This document shows, in pieces, positions 47,701 through 60,655 of a stretch of 64,000 bases of DNA (positions are counted from its first letter, which is position 1; each line of letters begins with the position of its first letter). Location: the NCBI GenBank assembly GCA_051294905.1, contig CM119377.1, positions 4,774,001 through 4,838,000 of the forward strand. Reading direction: 5' to 3'. A program made the position numbers and the translations under genes. Origin of the DNA: Botryllus schlosseri. Taxonomy: Eukaryota. The notes under the pieces were generated by a model. The model searched no databases, was not told where the DNA came from, and was given only the letters and a program-made list of their open reading frames with translations.

Positions 47701-50700
47701 CCATTTTGCGCGGCAGGCTGCTTCTGCGCGATTCTGTCTTGAAATAACATCGCCAGCTTTGTCTTCAGGCTAAAACGAAGTACCGGTAGTTGAAATCGCA
47801 ATTCCTGCTAGTCATTTTAGATCACTAACTTACGAGTGGATGTGCAACAAGTGACTGCAAGCTTGGGCAACGAAATACGGGTAACAATAGGTCATGTTTA
47901 TAGTTATTGTATTGCAGCGCTCCGATTGTTCAAAACAATGACTATTTTGAAATCGCCGCAGCGCCGTCAGCGAATGTCAGGCGCAAATATTGGTCTTTCT
48001 TTCAATATGAATATATTATTCAATTGCATATTGAAGTTCCGTACCGCTGAGACTCTCTTCATGTTCGCTTACGAAAACGGACCTACGAGAAATCGCGAGT
48101 GACCTCCGGTTACCCAACCGTGCAGTCACGTGATCGTATCTATCGGTGTTAGTGATCTGTATTGTAATCACGCGATCTTACCCGGATTCGGAGTCATTTA
48201 TTATCTCCGGTGTCGTGTTGGATTGACATTGGTCCTTTCCGACTGACGAGTACGTTTGCGTAGGTTTCAAGTCGAGATTGTTGCTATTATTTGTGTTTCC
48301 TGGCGTAATAGCTTCATTCCTACCCCAGCTTCTAGGCCGCTTCGCTTCGCATGCTATTGGCGATGGGCTGGACCGTTTGGAAGGCTTTTTCTCGGGCGTG
48401 CCACGCTCTTTCTTGCTTGAAGTGCGGGATTTGGGAGAAGGCGAGTTATCATCCGTTATTTCTGTGATGTACGCTTGTGATTCCCTGTTATCAGTGTGTT
48501 GCAAGGGTGGCGAAAGCTGCATGAATGCTGGATGTACCGGTGGGAAAGTCGTGTAGGAGAAACCTAGTTTTGTATCCGGGTAGTATCGCGGTGGCGCCAA
48601 CAAAGACAAGTCAACGCTGTGATGTTTCACTTTACCGTTTACTTGATGATACATCGATTCTTGCTGCGGCAGGTACGGGAGACTTGACACGCTTGCAATT
48701 GGCGTAGTTGTTTTACAGTAAGGTCGAGTCTGTGCTGCTGAATGTGCAGCTACGGGGCTGAGGCGCTGACCTTTGTTTGATTCATCCGGCATGTTCAAAT
48801 CTGCCTTGTGAGGAAAACTAGCCCCGCTTTGGCTATCGCGTCTGTTCTGAACCCGGCGCGACCCTTCGTATTTACTCTTCTCGTGTGTTTTCATATGACT
48901 CTTCAAATTGTCCTTTCTGACCGACTTGTACGGACAAAACGGGCACGTGTGGCTTTTCTCCCCGCTGTGAATCCTCATGTGCCTTTGGAAGTGGTACAGA
49001 CGCTTGATTCGCTTGTGACAAATCGGGCATTCGATGTACATGTTCTCGGGATCGGTGCCCTTGTTCATCTCCTTGGCTTCCCGCACTATTGCTGCGTGAA
49101 ACGAATCTATGGGATTGCTGGAATGGCATTTCGAACGCGGGGCTGTCTTTTTTGCGGGGTTTTGTTCTGGTGTTGGTGGCGTAACTCTATTGGGTAGCGT
49201 GTTATGAGGCTTATTACACAGAGTGTCTTTCGGGTATTGCTGTAAAAACGGATTCGGGGCTAGAGCTGGTAGTCCAGGGTGGTATGTGGGATACATGAAG
49301 CTCCAGGGGTTGTAATAAGGGTGTTGCGAAATCCTGGAATAGTCACCCACGCCTGGTAACGGAAACGTGAACGGAGAATGACCGACTGGTGGGTACGGAT
49401 ATACTGCCAGCAGTTTTTCGTGGTCGTTGGCACGGCTGCCGTTCCTATGGTGTGAGTTATATAACGGCGGCGTCTCGTACCTTGCCCTGTTCGCGTAAGG
49501 CGACATCCTCTGCCTTTCAGGGGTGCTTGCGGCCTTTCTGCTGCTGAATAACGGGGCAGTGTCTGCGTTGCGGTTGATCTTGTTAGTCTCAGAAGTTAGA
49601 TTTCTGACTACGACTGGCTTAGAATGTGTGTTGGGTGTCGACAGTCGGGTCGAGTCTACAGAGAGTTTACTCGCGTCTGCATGTCGATCACGGCCAATAT
49701 CACGCCCGCATGAGACGCCATTAACCGCAGCTGACGGAGATGCGGATTTTTCTCCATAGTATCGCCCTTGCGAGGGCGAATACGGCGATTGTTGCGGTCG
49801 GGATTCGCATACGTTATCATCGTTTTGTACCTTTTGAGGTATGCCTTGAATAGGTCTACTGCAATCGCCCGCTCTGTGTGCAGGAGTGGTAATATCAACA
49901 CTGTTCTCAATATTTCGAATGCTCGTATCAGAGCGTTCGTATTTCGCTTCAGTGTGCGTTCCTCTTGAAATTGCTTCAGTCTTAGGTTGATTTGTCTTCG
50001 TCGATTCTTGTAGTAATCTACGCAAAATGTCAATCGGATTCAGCACACCGTTTTTGATGTCGCCCTTCGGTTGGGTATGTCCAAAGAAGTTGAAGTTACT
50101 ATCGGAGGCCAGGGCTTTTTGTGCGGTATCTTTATCAGTAATGTTCTGGGCGATAATTGATCGCAACAGTTCCATGTAGTTTTGGTTGTTGAAGCTGTTT
50201 TTCTCAGTCGTGTCCTCCGATACGCTTGCAGGACTGACGAATGGACTTTCCATTTTACTGTTACCTTCATCTTGATCCATCAAACTGTCTTTCATCGGCG
50301 ATAAACTGTCTGCAGACTCTCGGAACGATGCGTTGCATTCTGCCGCGTCTTCCTGCTGTAACGTCCCGCGTTCGTAGTCGCTTTTTACCGAGAGCGTGCA
50401 GTCAGACACTTCGCCATTCGGATGGTGTGAGTTGCTCTCAATCTGTGAATTGTTATGTTTCTAAGACGATATCTTTACAGGCGATTTCTTTTTGAGAGTC
50501 GGACAGCGCAATGGACTCGTGCAGCAGTGCGCAGGGCACGTTTACGAAGACGCAGTGAAGAATCGGCACTTATAATAATTCGAGACTTCTCAGTTTACGT
50601 GAAAACGACATGAGCATAACATGACATTCAATTGGTATAGTGAGCATGAATTGGATGAGCCCCGATATAATTGTTTGCTATAGACTACCACAGTACATGG

Positions 50701-53700
50701 CCATGAATTCACGTTGATGACAATACCAAATCACAGTTCAGAAACATTCAACTCTCTAAAAATTCGATCATTGCCCAATCCCAGTATATAGGCCTAATCA
50801 TAGTTTATGAGATAGGACACCAGATATACGCACGATGCATGATGTACCAATACATTTTCGTATTACATGAAAAATCGACTTACCCCCGAATCCGTGGCAT
50901 AGGTTCCATCAGGCGAAGTACCGGCAGAAGATGATATCGCATGAGATGTGATGTTGCCCGAATCAACCGAGTCTGGAAAATAACATCAAAATCCATTTTT
51001 AAATGGCGATTCAGTGATATTTGCTCATATATTTTCCGATACACGTGACTGGCTGGTGAAAAGACCTCAGTCTATGCATGAAGTTCAAAATAGATTATAA
51101 ATGGGTTTAACCTATCCCATTATGCGGGGAAATGACATAGCCCGTTGACGGCTCTATTGATAAGTCGAGCACTGATTCGTTTGGATGATTTTAACCTTTG
51201 ACCCTTTCTCTGAACGGCCAATCAGCGTTTCTTAACGTCTCGAAAAAATTTGTTCGGGACAGTGGAACACAGGGGTAATTTCAGATGATACTTAGTTCCT
51301 TAACATTGCGAAAACAACTTATTGTTCATCGTACACCTCCACATAGCTTTGGAAATTGATGATGTTTGGGACAATGCCAGCTCTACCGATAAGAATTGTC
51401 AATTGGTAGAAGATTGCTATGCTGGCAAATTAATCTTTATGCGCGCTGCTTAATTTTCACGGGCTTCCGAAAACCTACAGATTCCGCAAATGCATGTATA
51501 TTTGCAGATATATTTCAGTGCAAAGAATCTGGTTTACAAGTATGAGGATTAGGATCCCAATCGGATACCTAAAATCGTTGGATTTAGCCATTCTTATCTT
51601 CGCTTTGACAAGCGCAATCATTCGTAATTTCACCAGTGACATCGCAAATCGTGGCGTATATGCATTATATCATCCTACATCGTGGCGAATCACATTAATC
51701 AACACTCTGATCTGATTTTCCTAGCAACAATGAGAGGCAGCAGAACCGGCACACATCGCCAGAGGAAGGCAACTCCACTAAATAAAGGATTCACCCCCAC
51801 TTTCATCAGGTGCTTTTCTATTGTTTCAAGCATGGTCGTCAATGCAAATAGGAAGTTTGTTTGTTGTCTTGCCGGCCACGGGGAGTTTGTTTTAGCTTTA
51901 TTGAGGAAGTCCTGGATCCGAAATCTTAATAAGAGAATCTCAAGCACTTTCTGGAGCAGAGCAATAAATAACAAAGTGCATATATTTGCATGCCGAGTTC
52001 ATGCTGAATATATCCCTAAATCCCACGTTTTTACATACTTCCGATTGTGATGTTTTATTTAGACTGCAACACCAATCTACTATGTGCTGTGATGATGCCA
52101 CGCGCGAACAGCACTGGTAGCATCACGGATGAGCCAAGATCGCAATATACAAGAAATCATCATCACCCGTTAACGGCATTGAATGCAATGCAAATTATAA
52201 TACAACGCACCAAATATCTGTGAACTTTTAGAATCCAGATTTATCCCGCGGTATCTTTTTCAAATTTGGTTGTATTCTAGAATTTGTTGAAATCGACGCG
52301 ACTTTCGTGTACGGGCCAATTAAATCCTCCAGTATCGCCCGAGATTTCGATCTGATCATATGAGTTGATGTTTATTTTTTACGAAATTTGGAAGCATTCA
52401 TTTGTAAAGTTTACAACATTGTCGGAACAATAGCCGCGCCGCGTCAGACCGACTTCAAAGTTCCTTTTGCTTTCTCACGTGATACCAGGGTTATCCGCTA
52501 TCCAGGCCTAGGTCGAAACAATTGAAAGGGAGCAAAGACACATACATTTTATTACATCCATACTGTTTGCTTTACTATATAGCATCTTTCGATTTACTGA
52601 ACTTGTTTGGAGGTATACTGTTCCCATTTTTATTTTCATGAGAAATACGCGCATGTGAAATGATACCAGGAAAGTGGTTAATTATAAGAATGTATTGGGC
52701 TAGTATAGCTACGACAATCATGGAAACTATGTAGTTTGACACAGGCATTGAAGTGTGTTCTAGTACGATACTTAAGAATCGCACAAGCGATATATACAAC
52801 GTATCATAAACCAATAGCGAGTACTAATAATATTTCTGTTTTCAGACGATAAAGAGCCATACGGAGTTACTCGGCAACACGGCAATATATAATAAATTAT
52901 TAGGGCCAGTGCGATTTCATAACGCCTCATTTGGCGGTGACCATCTTGCGTAATCCACGTCATCTTTGAGATGCTTGTATATTTGGTGTCGACCAATTTT
53001 AGGAATTAGTTCTATGGCAGTGTTGTTCGCAAAAGATGCCTCTAATTATGCCGGTTACTTGTGTGTATAGTTGTTAAATTCCTAATGCATATGGCCGCGC
53101 TCGCAAAATAACCTTTTCAGCCCGCGTCTATTTACAGAGTGCACCGAATGCGTCTTTGTCAATTGATACCGTGTCGCGGGTGTATGAATTTTGCATGGTA
53201 TTGGGATGTATCAATATTTCATTGTATTATACGCAATCATTAGTAAACCCCAAATGGAAATTGAGAGTTTTGGGGTGTTTTAATGCACTATCATACTACT
53301 TAACCGGAATGAATATTTCAAAGTGTAGCAAATGGCAATAACAAACAAATGACGCGCATTCTCATAAGCTGGATTAACAAAAAGTGAAACGCGCTGTCTA
53401 TGTATGGCACAAAAAGTGTCAGCTATATTGAATGTACTGTGTATTGAATTCCGTGAAACCGATAATGTACGCAATATCATTTCAAAAAATGAATTGGTGA
53501 GTAAACCGAATATTGAAAATGCAAAATGTTTCAGAAGGTTTCAGAAGTATTACGTCATGTGAGGTCCTGTTCGTCTCTTTGTAGTAGCATTATTTGTTTC
53601 TATTTTTTGGTTTTATGGAGATTGTTCCTCAAAGATTTATCCAACATGTTTAAAACACCAAAACACTATAGTTGCGTATGATGCTTGTAGTCGCCTAACT

Positions 53701-56700
53701 ATTCTTTGTTCAGTCACTGACATAGTCAATGCATTCGAAGCTGCATTTTCTGGTACAGCAATATGTGTGCAAAAGTTACACCTTATATATAGATTATAAC
53801 AATCGTATATGGTTTGTGCTGACTTTAGCCGAGACACCGCGACTAGCAAGGCGCTAGGGTAAACCCAAAACATGCAATGCAGGATGTCGATGATATACTA
53901 AATTACGTGAAATTTTTCTTATCGGCGAATATATTTTGTTATGGAACATGGGGGCGTACAATGTTCTGCGACATAGTCTATTGTCCGTGAATTGTTTATT
54001 GTTGCCTGCAAATTAACGCGATTCGATTGTGGAATATGCAGATTATATTACTGCGTGTATAGATAAATATTATCGGATGATACAAGCCAACAAAAGTCTG
54101 TTTGAATACAGCCTTTTCAGAATAATCATCACCTGAGAAACGACATTTTTCCACACATTCATATTCGGGTATTAACGTCATTACAGCCGCAGTTCATCAA
54201 TCACAATGGAATTACAATGTACGAAGGGCTTACGAGAAAAATGCTTACTGCCGCTTTATTTGCAGTTAGTCAAAATACGTTGGCTTTTCGAATTCGATGA
54301 CTAACTAATGTCGCTATACTAATCACATTGCGGTAACGTTGCGGTGGCTACACGGTGCATGGCGTAATGAGCTTATACAAGGCGTGCGAAAATTGAGCCC
54401 GTAGTCATACCATGTCATGGGAATATTAATGTAAAAAAACAATAGGACGCAGTCAGCAAAGTTTTCAATGCATAATTTCAACTACTTCATCAAGTGATCG
54501 CTACAATCATGAGTAAATGTGAGAATTACCTTGCAATTGTGATACTGTATGAAAGTTTCGTGGTTCTAGACCACACATTATGCCGCGCAGAGTGGTTTTT
54601 CCGCGCTGCTGCGATATCAAATCATTCCATTCTGCGTTAATGATTCCACTATGTAGGAAATAGTACACTATTACCGAAATCTTGAGTAATTCAGCGTTGA
54701 AAAAGAGATAGTAGGGATATTGTACTTAGGTTTGTGTGGGTATTATTGCCCTAACCGACAATCCACTAAGGGGAAAAGTACAATGAACGAACAAGTTACA
54801 TCACAAAACAACCACTCGAATCAAAGCAAGCCGAATCGCGATGGGTCACGAAATAATAGGGTTCATGGTCGGCGGGTTAGGCAGAAAAGTTTGCGGTTAG
54901 GGTAAAACGGGCTCCGAAAAGGTGGGGTGTTAGATGCGGGTGAAAGTACGCATGAAATATGTAAAAAGTGGTGACTTATGTGGTCGGTGTGATTGAAGTC
55001 GAACGCATATCGGTTCAAAGTTGGATACATTCAACTCCGGCGATCTGTATCGTACGCGGGCCATACAACACATTAACGCCTCATATTATTCTCTGTAAAC
55101 AAGTGATTGCTTATGTAAAACAAAAGCAACCATTCCTACAACGTAATACATTTAATGGTCCTAAGAACGGGCTATATAGGGCTGCACGTTTTGCTGTCGT
55201 CACTACGTTGAGTAGACATCTCTACCGGGCATTTAAAGTGAAGTCATCCCTTGAAGAGGTAAAGATTGTACACCCCCATATCTCCCGTATTTTGTATCGC
55301 ATGACAATATTTGTTTAGTGCAATATGTGTTCCCTTGATCGCAACAGAAAACGTGTGTACTGTGTATGATGTATATACAAAATGAATCAAAGCCAGCCCT
55401 ATATGCCCGAGCCTTCTGTAGTACACAATTTAGCGCTATGTATCAAATATGTCTTCAGGGATAACACACTATGTCTTCTTCATCTGGGACATATCAGCCA
55501 CGCCGAATTTTGCACCTCGAAGGAAACACCTTCATGTCGTTTATTCACCCGGTTTATTCATCACCGGAAAAGTCAGGCCACGTGAATAGGCAGTGTGATG
55601 ATTATGAGGGCCGTATCGTACAGGTACTACATCCTGTGTCAAAGCTGCGCTACCCCATCGAGACCGATTACACACACCCGACATGTTTATCCAAACCTGG
55701 AGTATTAATATGCCTCGAAAGTACTGCCTAACACAATCACAGTGGCAATATCTGCAGAAAAGATAACATGACATCGTATAGCGGCTAAATAATTATTGCG
55801 ATTAACTCAAATGTGCTAATGAATATTGGTTTTTAAAAAGTATGCGTGCGATACAAACTTTCTTATTCACAAGCCTACTGAAAGGGTACTGCGAAACCAG
55901 GAAATGCGTATTGGAGATCTATATGTATTTTGATAACGCCTATTCTCCACTACTCTTTCGGCAGTAACAAGTTCCCGTGATGCATGAGGTCATTAAGAAA
56001 ATAAGTCGCAATAAAGTTATCGCTACATTTCATATGAGTAACTGTATTAGTCTATCGCTCTGTAAGCATTAAGATTTAGGACTAAGGTGCACTGAGAAGG
56101 AGTGAGAGGTATACTAACTCGATTACTGATCCAAAAAGACGTGGGTGTTGGACGCATTAGTATTCATTACTGCGGCAATTGGCGCATATAGACTCATGTG
56201 AATTAGACAAGCGTTATCCGAATGATTTGCAAATTTATACTTCTTATGACTGGGGTATACGGTAACCCGGAAATGATAAGCATTCGCATGTGATTCACGG
56301 AGTTATTTTGCAAAGCTCGGTATTAGCCTAAGTAATGTTTATACATACGTGATAGAGTATTTCGTATATACTGTCTCAAAATTATTTGGTGATTTAATTT
56401 GTTATCGACCACGCTGAACTCGAAATATATCTTCAAATCGGTTTATTGCTATATAACAATAACTGCAATTAGGACCGAATACGCTATATTAAAACCATAA
56501 CTATTGCATAATGCACTCTGACTCTTCAATATTCGTTATTCGGTAACATGCGTTCTATATACAGTTCAATCACTTCATATCACTACGGAAGAAAGAAGAC
56601 ATTGCTGATCCACACCCTGGCACGTAACGAGTTGAAATTTGCATTCGGAGAGGCAAAGAAACTTTGCAAGAGGTTCAACAATACAACACCCCCACGAATT

Positions 56701-59700
56701 GCTTATGAAAACATTGACAATATGACCAGGAAAAAATTGAGAAATCACCCTCGCTAATGGGAAAATGATATAGCGCGTGATATTGTGTATCATCATAACG
56801 TTCGACTTTAGTAATATATTTATGAACATGTTGGAAATTCCTACACACCAAAATATTTACTACATGTAGTACACTGCATTCTTTTGTAGTTTCCCATAAC
56901 ATAATCCACCAAACTATACTACCGAGCGTGGGATCTTTCTTGGCGCAGGAACGGGAAAGGGGGTGTACTATAACTCGTTGAAATAACTTTTTCATGGATA
57001 GATGAGCGGAAATCGATATTTCCTGAAAGTGCTCACCACGTACATTTAGGTACTCCGCTGCACTTTATACATAATAATTATAGCATAGCGCGCAATAGAA
57101 TCTGATTGTAAGAAGGAAAATAGTTTCATTCATTCAATATGTTATGTAAAATGACCGCAGGAAATTTCTCAGGGATTGTCGCATCGCAGACACACGGCAA
57201 TCAAATTGGTGTGGATCATACGAATGATTGATTGTCTTTGCATCCGGCATTAATGAGACGGACTCGTAAATGGATGTGGAGGATATGTGTGTGCATCTTA
57301 CGACATATTGAAATGAAAACAAAACATTTACATACGAGGAAGCAGATTCATGGCTGTGATAGCAATTTGGAGCGCATCACCTTATGGGGATGGTACAATA
57401 TGCAAATCACGAGAGGTGCTATTTTCAAATCTTTAAGAAACCTCTATCCTTCGAACAATAATGCATCGATCGCAATAGATTTGACTATGCCTAGACAGCC
57501 GGCATCGTCTGTGCCGCGTGGCTCCAACTGTAGAGTTTACACGTATGCGGATATTGAAAACGCAGTCATTCGGACTGTTACTTCCAGGGTACGACACAAT
57601 CTTCATTGTTCATTGTGACAATTTCGAACTAACCGTCTTTTTGTATGTAAGAAAATCGATATTTTGTTTTCTTATAATACGCGAATCAGTTTAAACGTAG
57701 TTACCGTGTGTGCATAGATTGGCTGGTCGGCAAGCAACTACAGAAACTAGGTACATTTTTCAGCACTTTGCCGCTACACAGCACTAGACACGGGATGCGC
57801 ATTGATACTAGCCGATAAGAGATTATATATAGCCCCTGTTGAATGCGGGTGCCATTAACCATGATGATACGATGATTGACTATTCAGTTACAGTATCGAC
57901 GAAAGGGTGCTAGCCGCGTTGTGTCACATCAAAAGCAAGATCGCAGCCCTAATCGTGTTCGGTGACCTCCGCCGTTTTTAGGGTGCCGACTATTCGGATT
58001 GAGGTATCGTTGGAAGCGTATGCTAAGTGTCTTTTTCGCGAGAAGATATCTTCTCGCGTGTCCCGTTTCCCCCTGTTATTACCAAATGAACTGGTTAAGT
58101 TTGGTTTCGAAGCAAGGTAGAGGAATATCAATTGCGAAAAGTGAAACGATGATTAATATCATTCGATCATAATGATAGGCGAATGCAGAACAGTTGCTTC
58201 ATTCACGCCGATTCTGATAGTTTCTCATCAGCAACAAGATCTAATTGCTTATCCTCCCTAATTTGTCAATATCCAGAATGTAAATCCCGAAATGTTAATA
58301 GCCAGCGAAGCAGCTTGCAGCACACAATATTCGTCGCGTATTGTAGGTTCGAAGGTATAGCAGATCATATTTTGCAAATTCTAGCTCCGCAGAGCGGGTT
58401 CATATGCACAGTGGAGACACGCTATTCTTTCAACACCGGGACAATGATTTGATCCGCGTGTAAAATCCTTTATGCCGCTGAATAGGGCTGGTGTATTCAC
58501 ATATCAGTTAAGAATCTTGCTGTATCGCTACCCTAGATTTGGAATTGTATTGGCTCCGTACCTCGGGGATTGCGGTATTGGATTACAATGCATAAGAGGA
58601 CGAAAGAGGAAATCCTAATCACAGAACATCATACTAGTTAGAATGCAGCTTTCCGCATGGATTCTTGTGGATGAGGCGATCGTTGAATCGGCGCTATTGT
58701 CCCGTATTTCGAGAGAATTCAAACCGTATCCGCTCGACACGCGCGGTCTTCAATTACTTTGCTCAATTCACAAATTGAAACGGGACTGCATCGACAGAAT
58801 ATGTCAAAGAGATTCAAGAGCCCGGTGCAATTTTGAAGATTGAAGCAATTGAGATGCTACTGGAAATGCACAAAAACACGGTGGCCCTAGGGCAATATAC
58901 TTATCATTTAGGTGAAAGAATGCTCTTCAAGCCACCAAAAACAACCATCAGACAATGACACTAACAATAAGGTTACACCCGTGAAAACAAATCGATTTCT
59001 TCGACAATCAGCGAAAAATGGTTTCATCCCGAAATGTCATGCCGCGAGAATGCCGCGTGACGAAATCGTCGACGGAGTATTAACATATCATGGATCATAC
59101 AAGATTGTATTACTCATTGACGAATGGAGACATTGATGTATTATGTTTTTGGGAGGGCTATACCCAGAAATCGTCCGCACTTTTCAATTATAAGATTAAA
59201 ATTCGGGTATTTTCGAAGGTCGTTATTAAGTAGCCCACTCAGGCACTTCTGCCTTCGGTTAAGCCTTCTTAACGTTGTCGCGAAACGTAAACAGATTCCA
59301 AGAAAAAAGGGAAACTTGAAAAAAACTTTATATTTACGTTACGAGATTTTATGAGACTGTACGGTTGCCATGACATAAAGATATAAATATACTCGGCGTT
59401 GGAGCGAAATGGATTAAGAATTATAAGGAAAGAAAGGCCTGCAGAATTCCGATCCATCCAACATCCGCCAATTATGCGATACGCCACATATGGGTTCGCC
59501 TCATTAAGCGACCCGGGAGTGATGACATGTCGCATCTCGGCTTAATTGTTGGGTTTAACTTCTGAAGTCGACATTGACACCCGATCGCGAGCATCGCAAC
59601 GGCTGCGTTTCGGTGTAGCATCAAATTCGCTAGCTACGCAAGGGAGCAATTAAACCCTCAGAAACAAACTTAAAATTGCACGTTTTGGCGAAATTACTTT

Positions 59701-60655
59701 AGGTATGGAAGCTAATTGGAGAGGAGCATGTTTACACGGAATTTTTGACTGACTACTATCCAAAATGGACAATTTATAATATCATCAACGCTGGGTGCAA
59801 TGTATTATTGTATTGGAGCGGGTGTTTGCATGGAGTTCACCATTTCTATATAAAACAAATTTCAATACAAAGCCAATCCGTCCGTTGCTATAAACGCTAT
59901 CACAAAATGGCGGACATAAATAGGAATCGCCATCCCCGACGCCGTGCAACATAAAGTTCATAGTAAAACCCCGTAAAAAATATTTCAAACGCTCTAGTTC
60001 CATGTAGAAACGCATCGGCCCGGTTTTCTGTCAACTTTTTATCCTATATCAAGGATTCCGGAACTTTTACGAGGCAGTTGTAATAACCTGCAATAATCAC
60101 GGATGACTCGAATTCCAATGTTGCGATATTTGCCAGGGAGAGATGATATATACGGGTGGTGACACTGTCCCAGTTGTTCTATTTACCCTTGTCAAACATA
60201 CTTATATTAAATATTTTCTTACCATATATTTTCAAATCAATAAAACGATTCAAAATAAACTTAAGGCTTTATAGTCTTCCTCGCAAAAAGGCGAAAGCAA
60301 ATATCTTCAGCCCAAAGTGGTTTTCACCATATTTCCTATAAACGCCCCCAACGAGACGATGAGAAATTGGGGTGAAAGATTTCTGTTCGATGCCTTATCC
60401 ATTTATGCTCATATAACTGTCTGTGACGGCCGGAGGAAAATATTTTTTCGCTAACTTTGCAACTCTATCAAGCCAATTACACAAAATAAATCACACCGCA
60501 TTCTATACCATGATATTCCTTTGAATATAGTGCAGATTGATTTCGTGCTATCTTCCTAGCTATAGCGGTAATATTCCAGATGCAATAAAATCGGTACCTT
60601 CGCTCTGGATTTCATCGGGAATATGTCTTGGTCTCTGTTGCTTCGTCCTTGGCAT
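41793..60655 (-). CDS. ZNF827: ZNF827-like C2H2 zinc-finger transcriptional regulator (~1123 aa, 5 fingers in two clusters)
   Basis: Exons (-) 60655-60598, 50972-50884, 50442-48182, 47733-47666, 45068-44871, 43301-43103, 42291-41793. All GT-AG, phases 1,0,2,1,1,2 join into one 3372-nt ORF. N-terminus MPRTKQQRPRH. Fingers CPICHKRIKRLYHFQRHMRIHSGEKSHTCPFCPYKSVRKDNLKSHMKTH and ..HTGERPFQCDQCSYAAKRKDNLAQHKSVKH resemble vertebrate ZNF827 as I recall it. Orthology was not computed. Confidence 0.85.
43412..43821. mobile_element. Degenerate hAT-like MITE (AGTAGAAG-rich family with further fragments near 7485, 34530, 42480, 45500)
   Basis: CACAGGTGG...CCACCTCTG termini. Flanks AATTAAAG / ATTAAAAG. 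Confidence 0.5.
58640..59540 (+). pseudogene. Possible decayed MUS81/ERCC4-nuclease-like sequence, antisense in ZNF827-like intron 1
   Basis: Across two frameshifts: GSYKIVLLIDE (59092-59124), RLKFGYF (59193-59213), NVVAKRK (59271-59291), RYE..MRLYGCHDIKI*IYSALE (59337-59404). Order and spacing resemble the ERCC4 motifs VDxxE, LxxGDF, VERK, GRFxEQxxRLxxC..xYLVE. Judged by eye only. Confidence 0.4.

Noticed and set aside
48178-50409. 743-aa ORF and the 41793-45048 zinc-finger ORFs as two separate genes
   Set aside because: The ORF stop overlaps a GG|GTAAGA donor, and the intervening exons join both into one reading frame.
48278-50495. Several plus-strand and shifted ORFs overlapping the large zinc-finger exon
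   Set aside because: Antisense or alternative-frame shadows of a long coding exon, with no motifs.
55382-57618. Short ORFs in ZNF827-like intron 1
   Set aside because: No recognisable motifs and no consistent splice sites. Expected by chance at this length.
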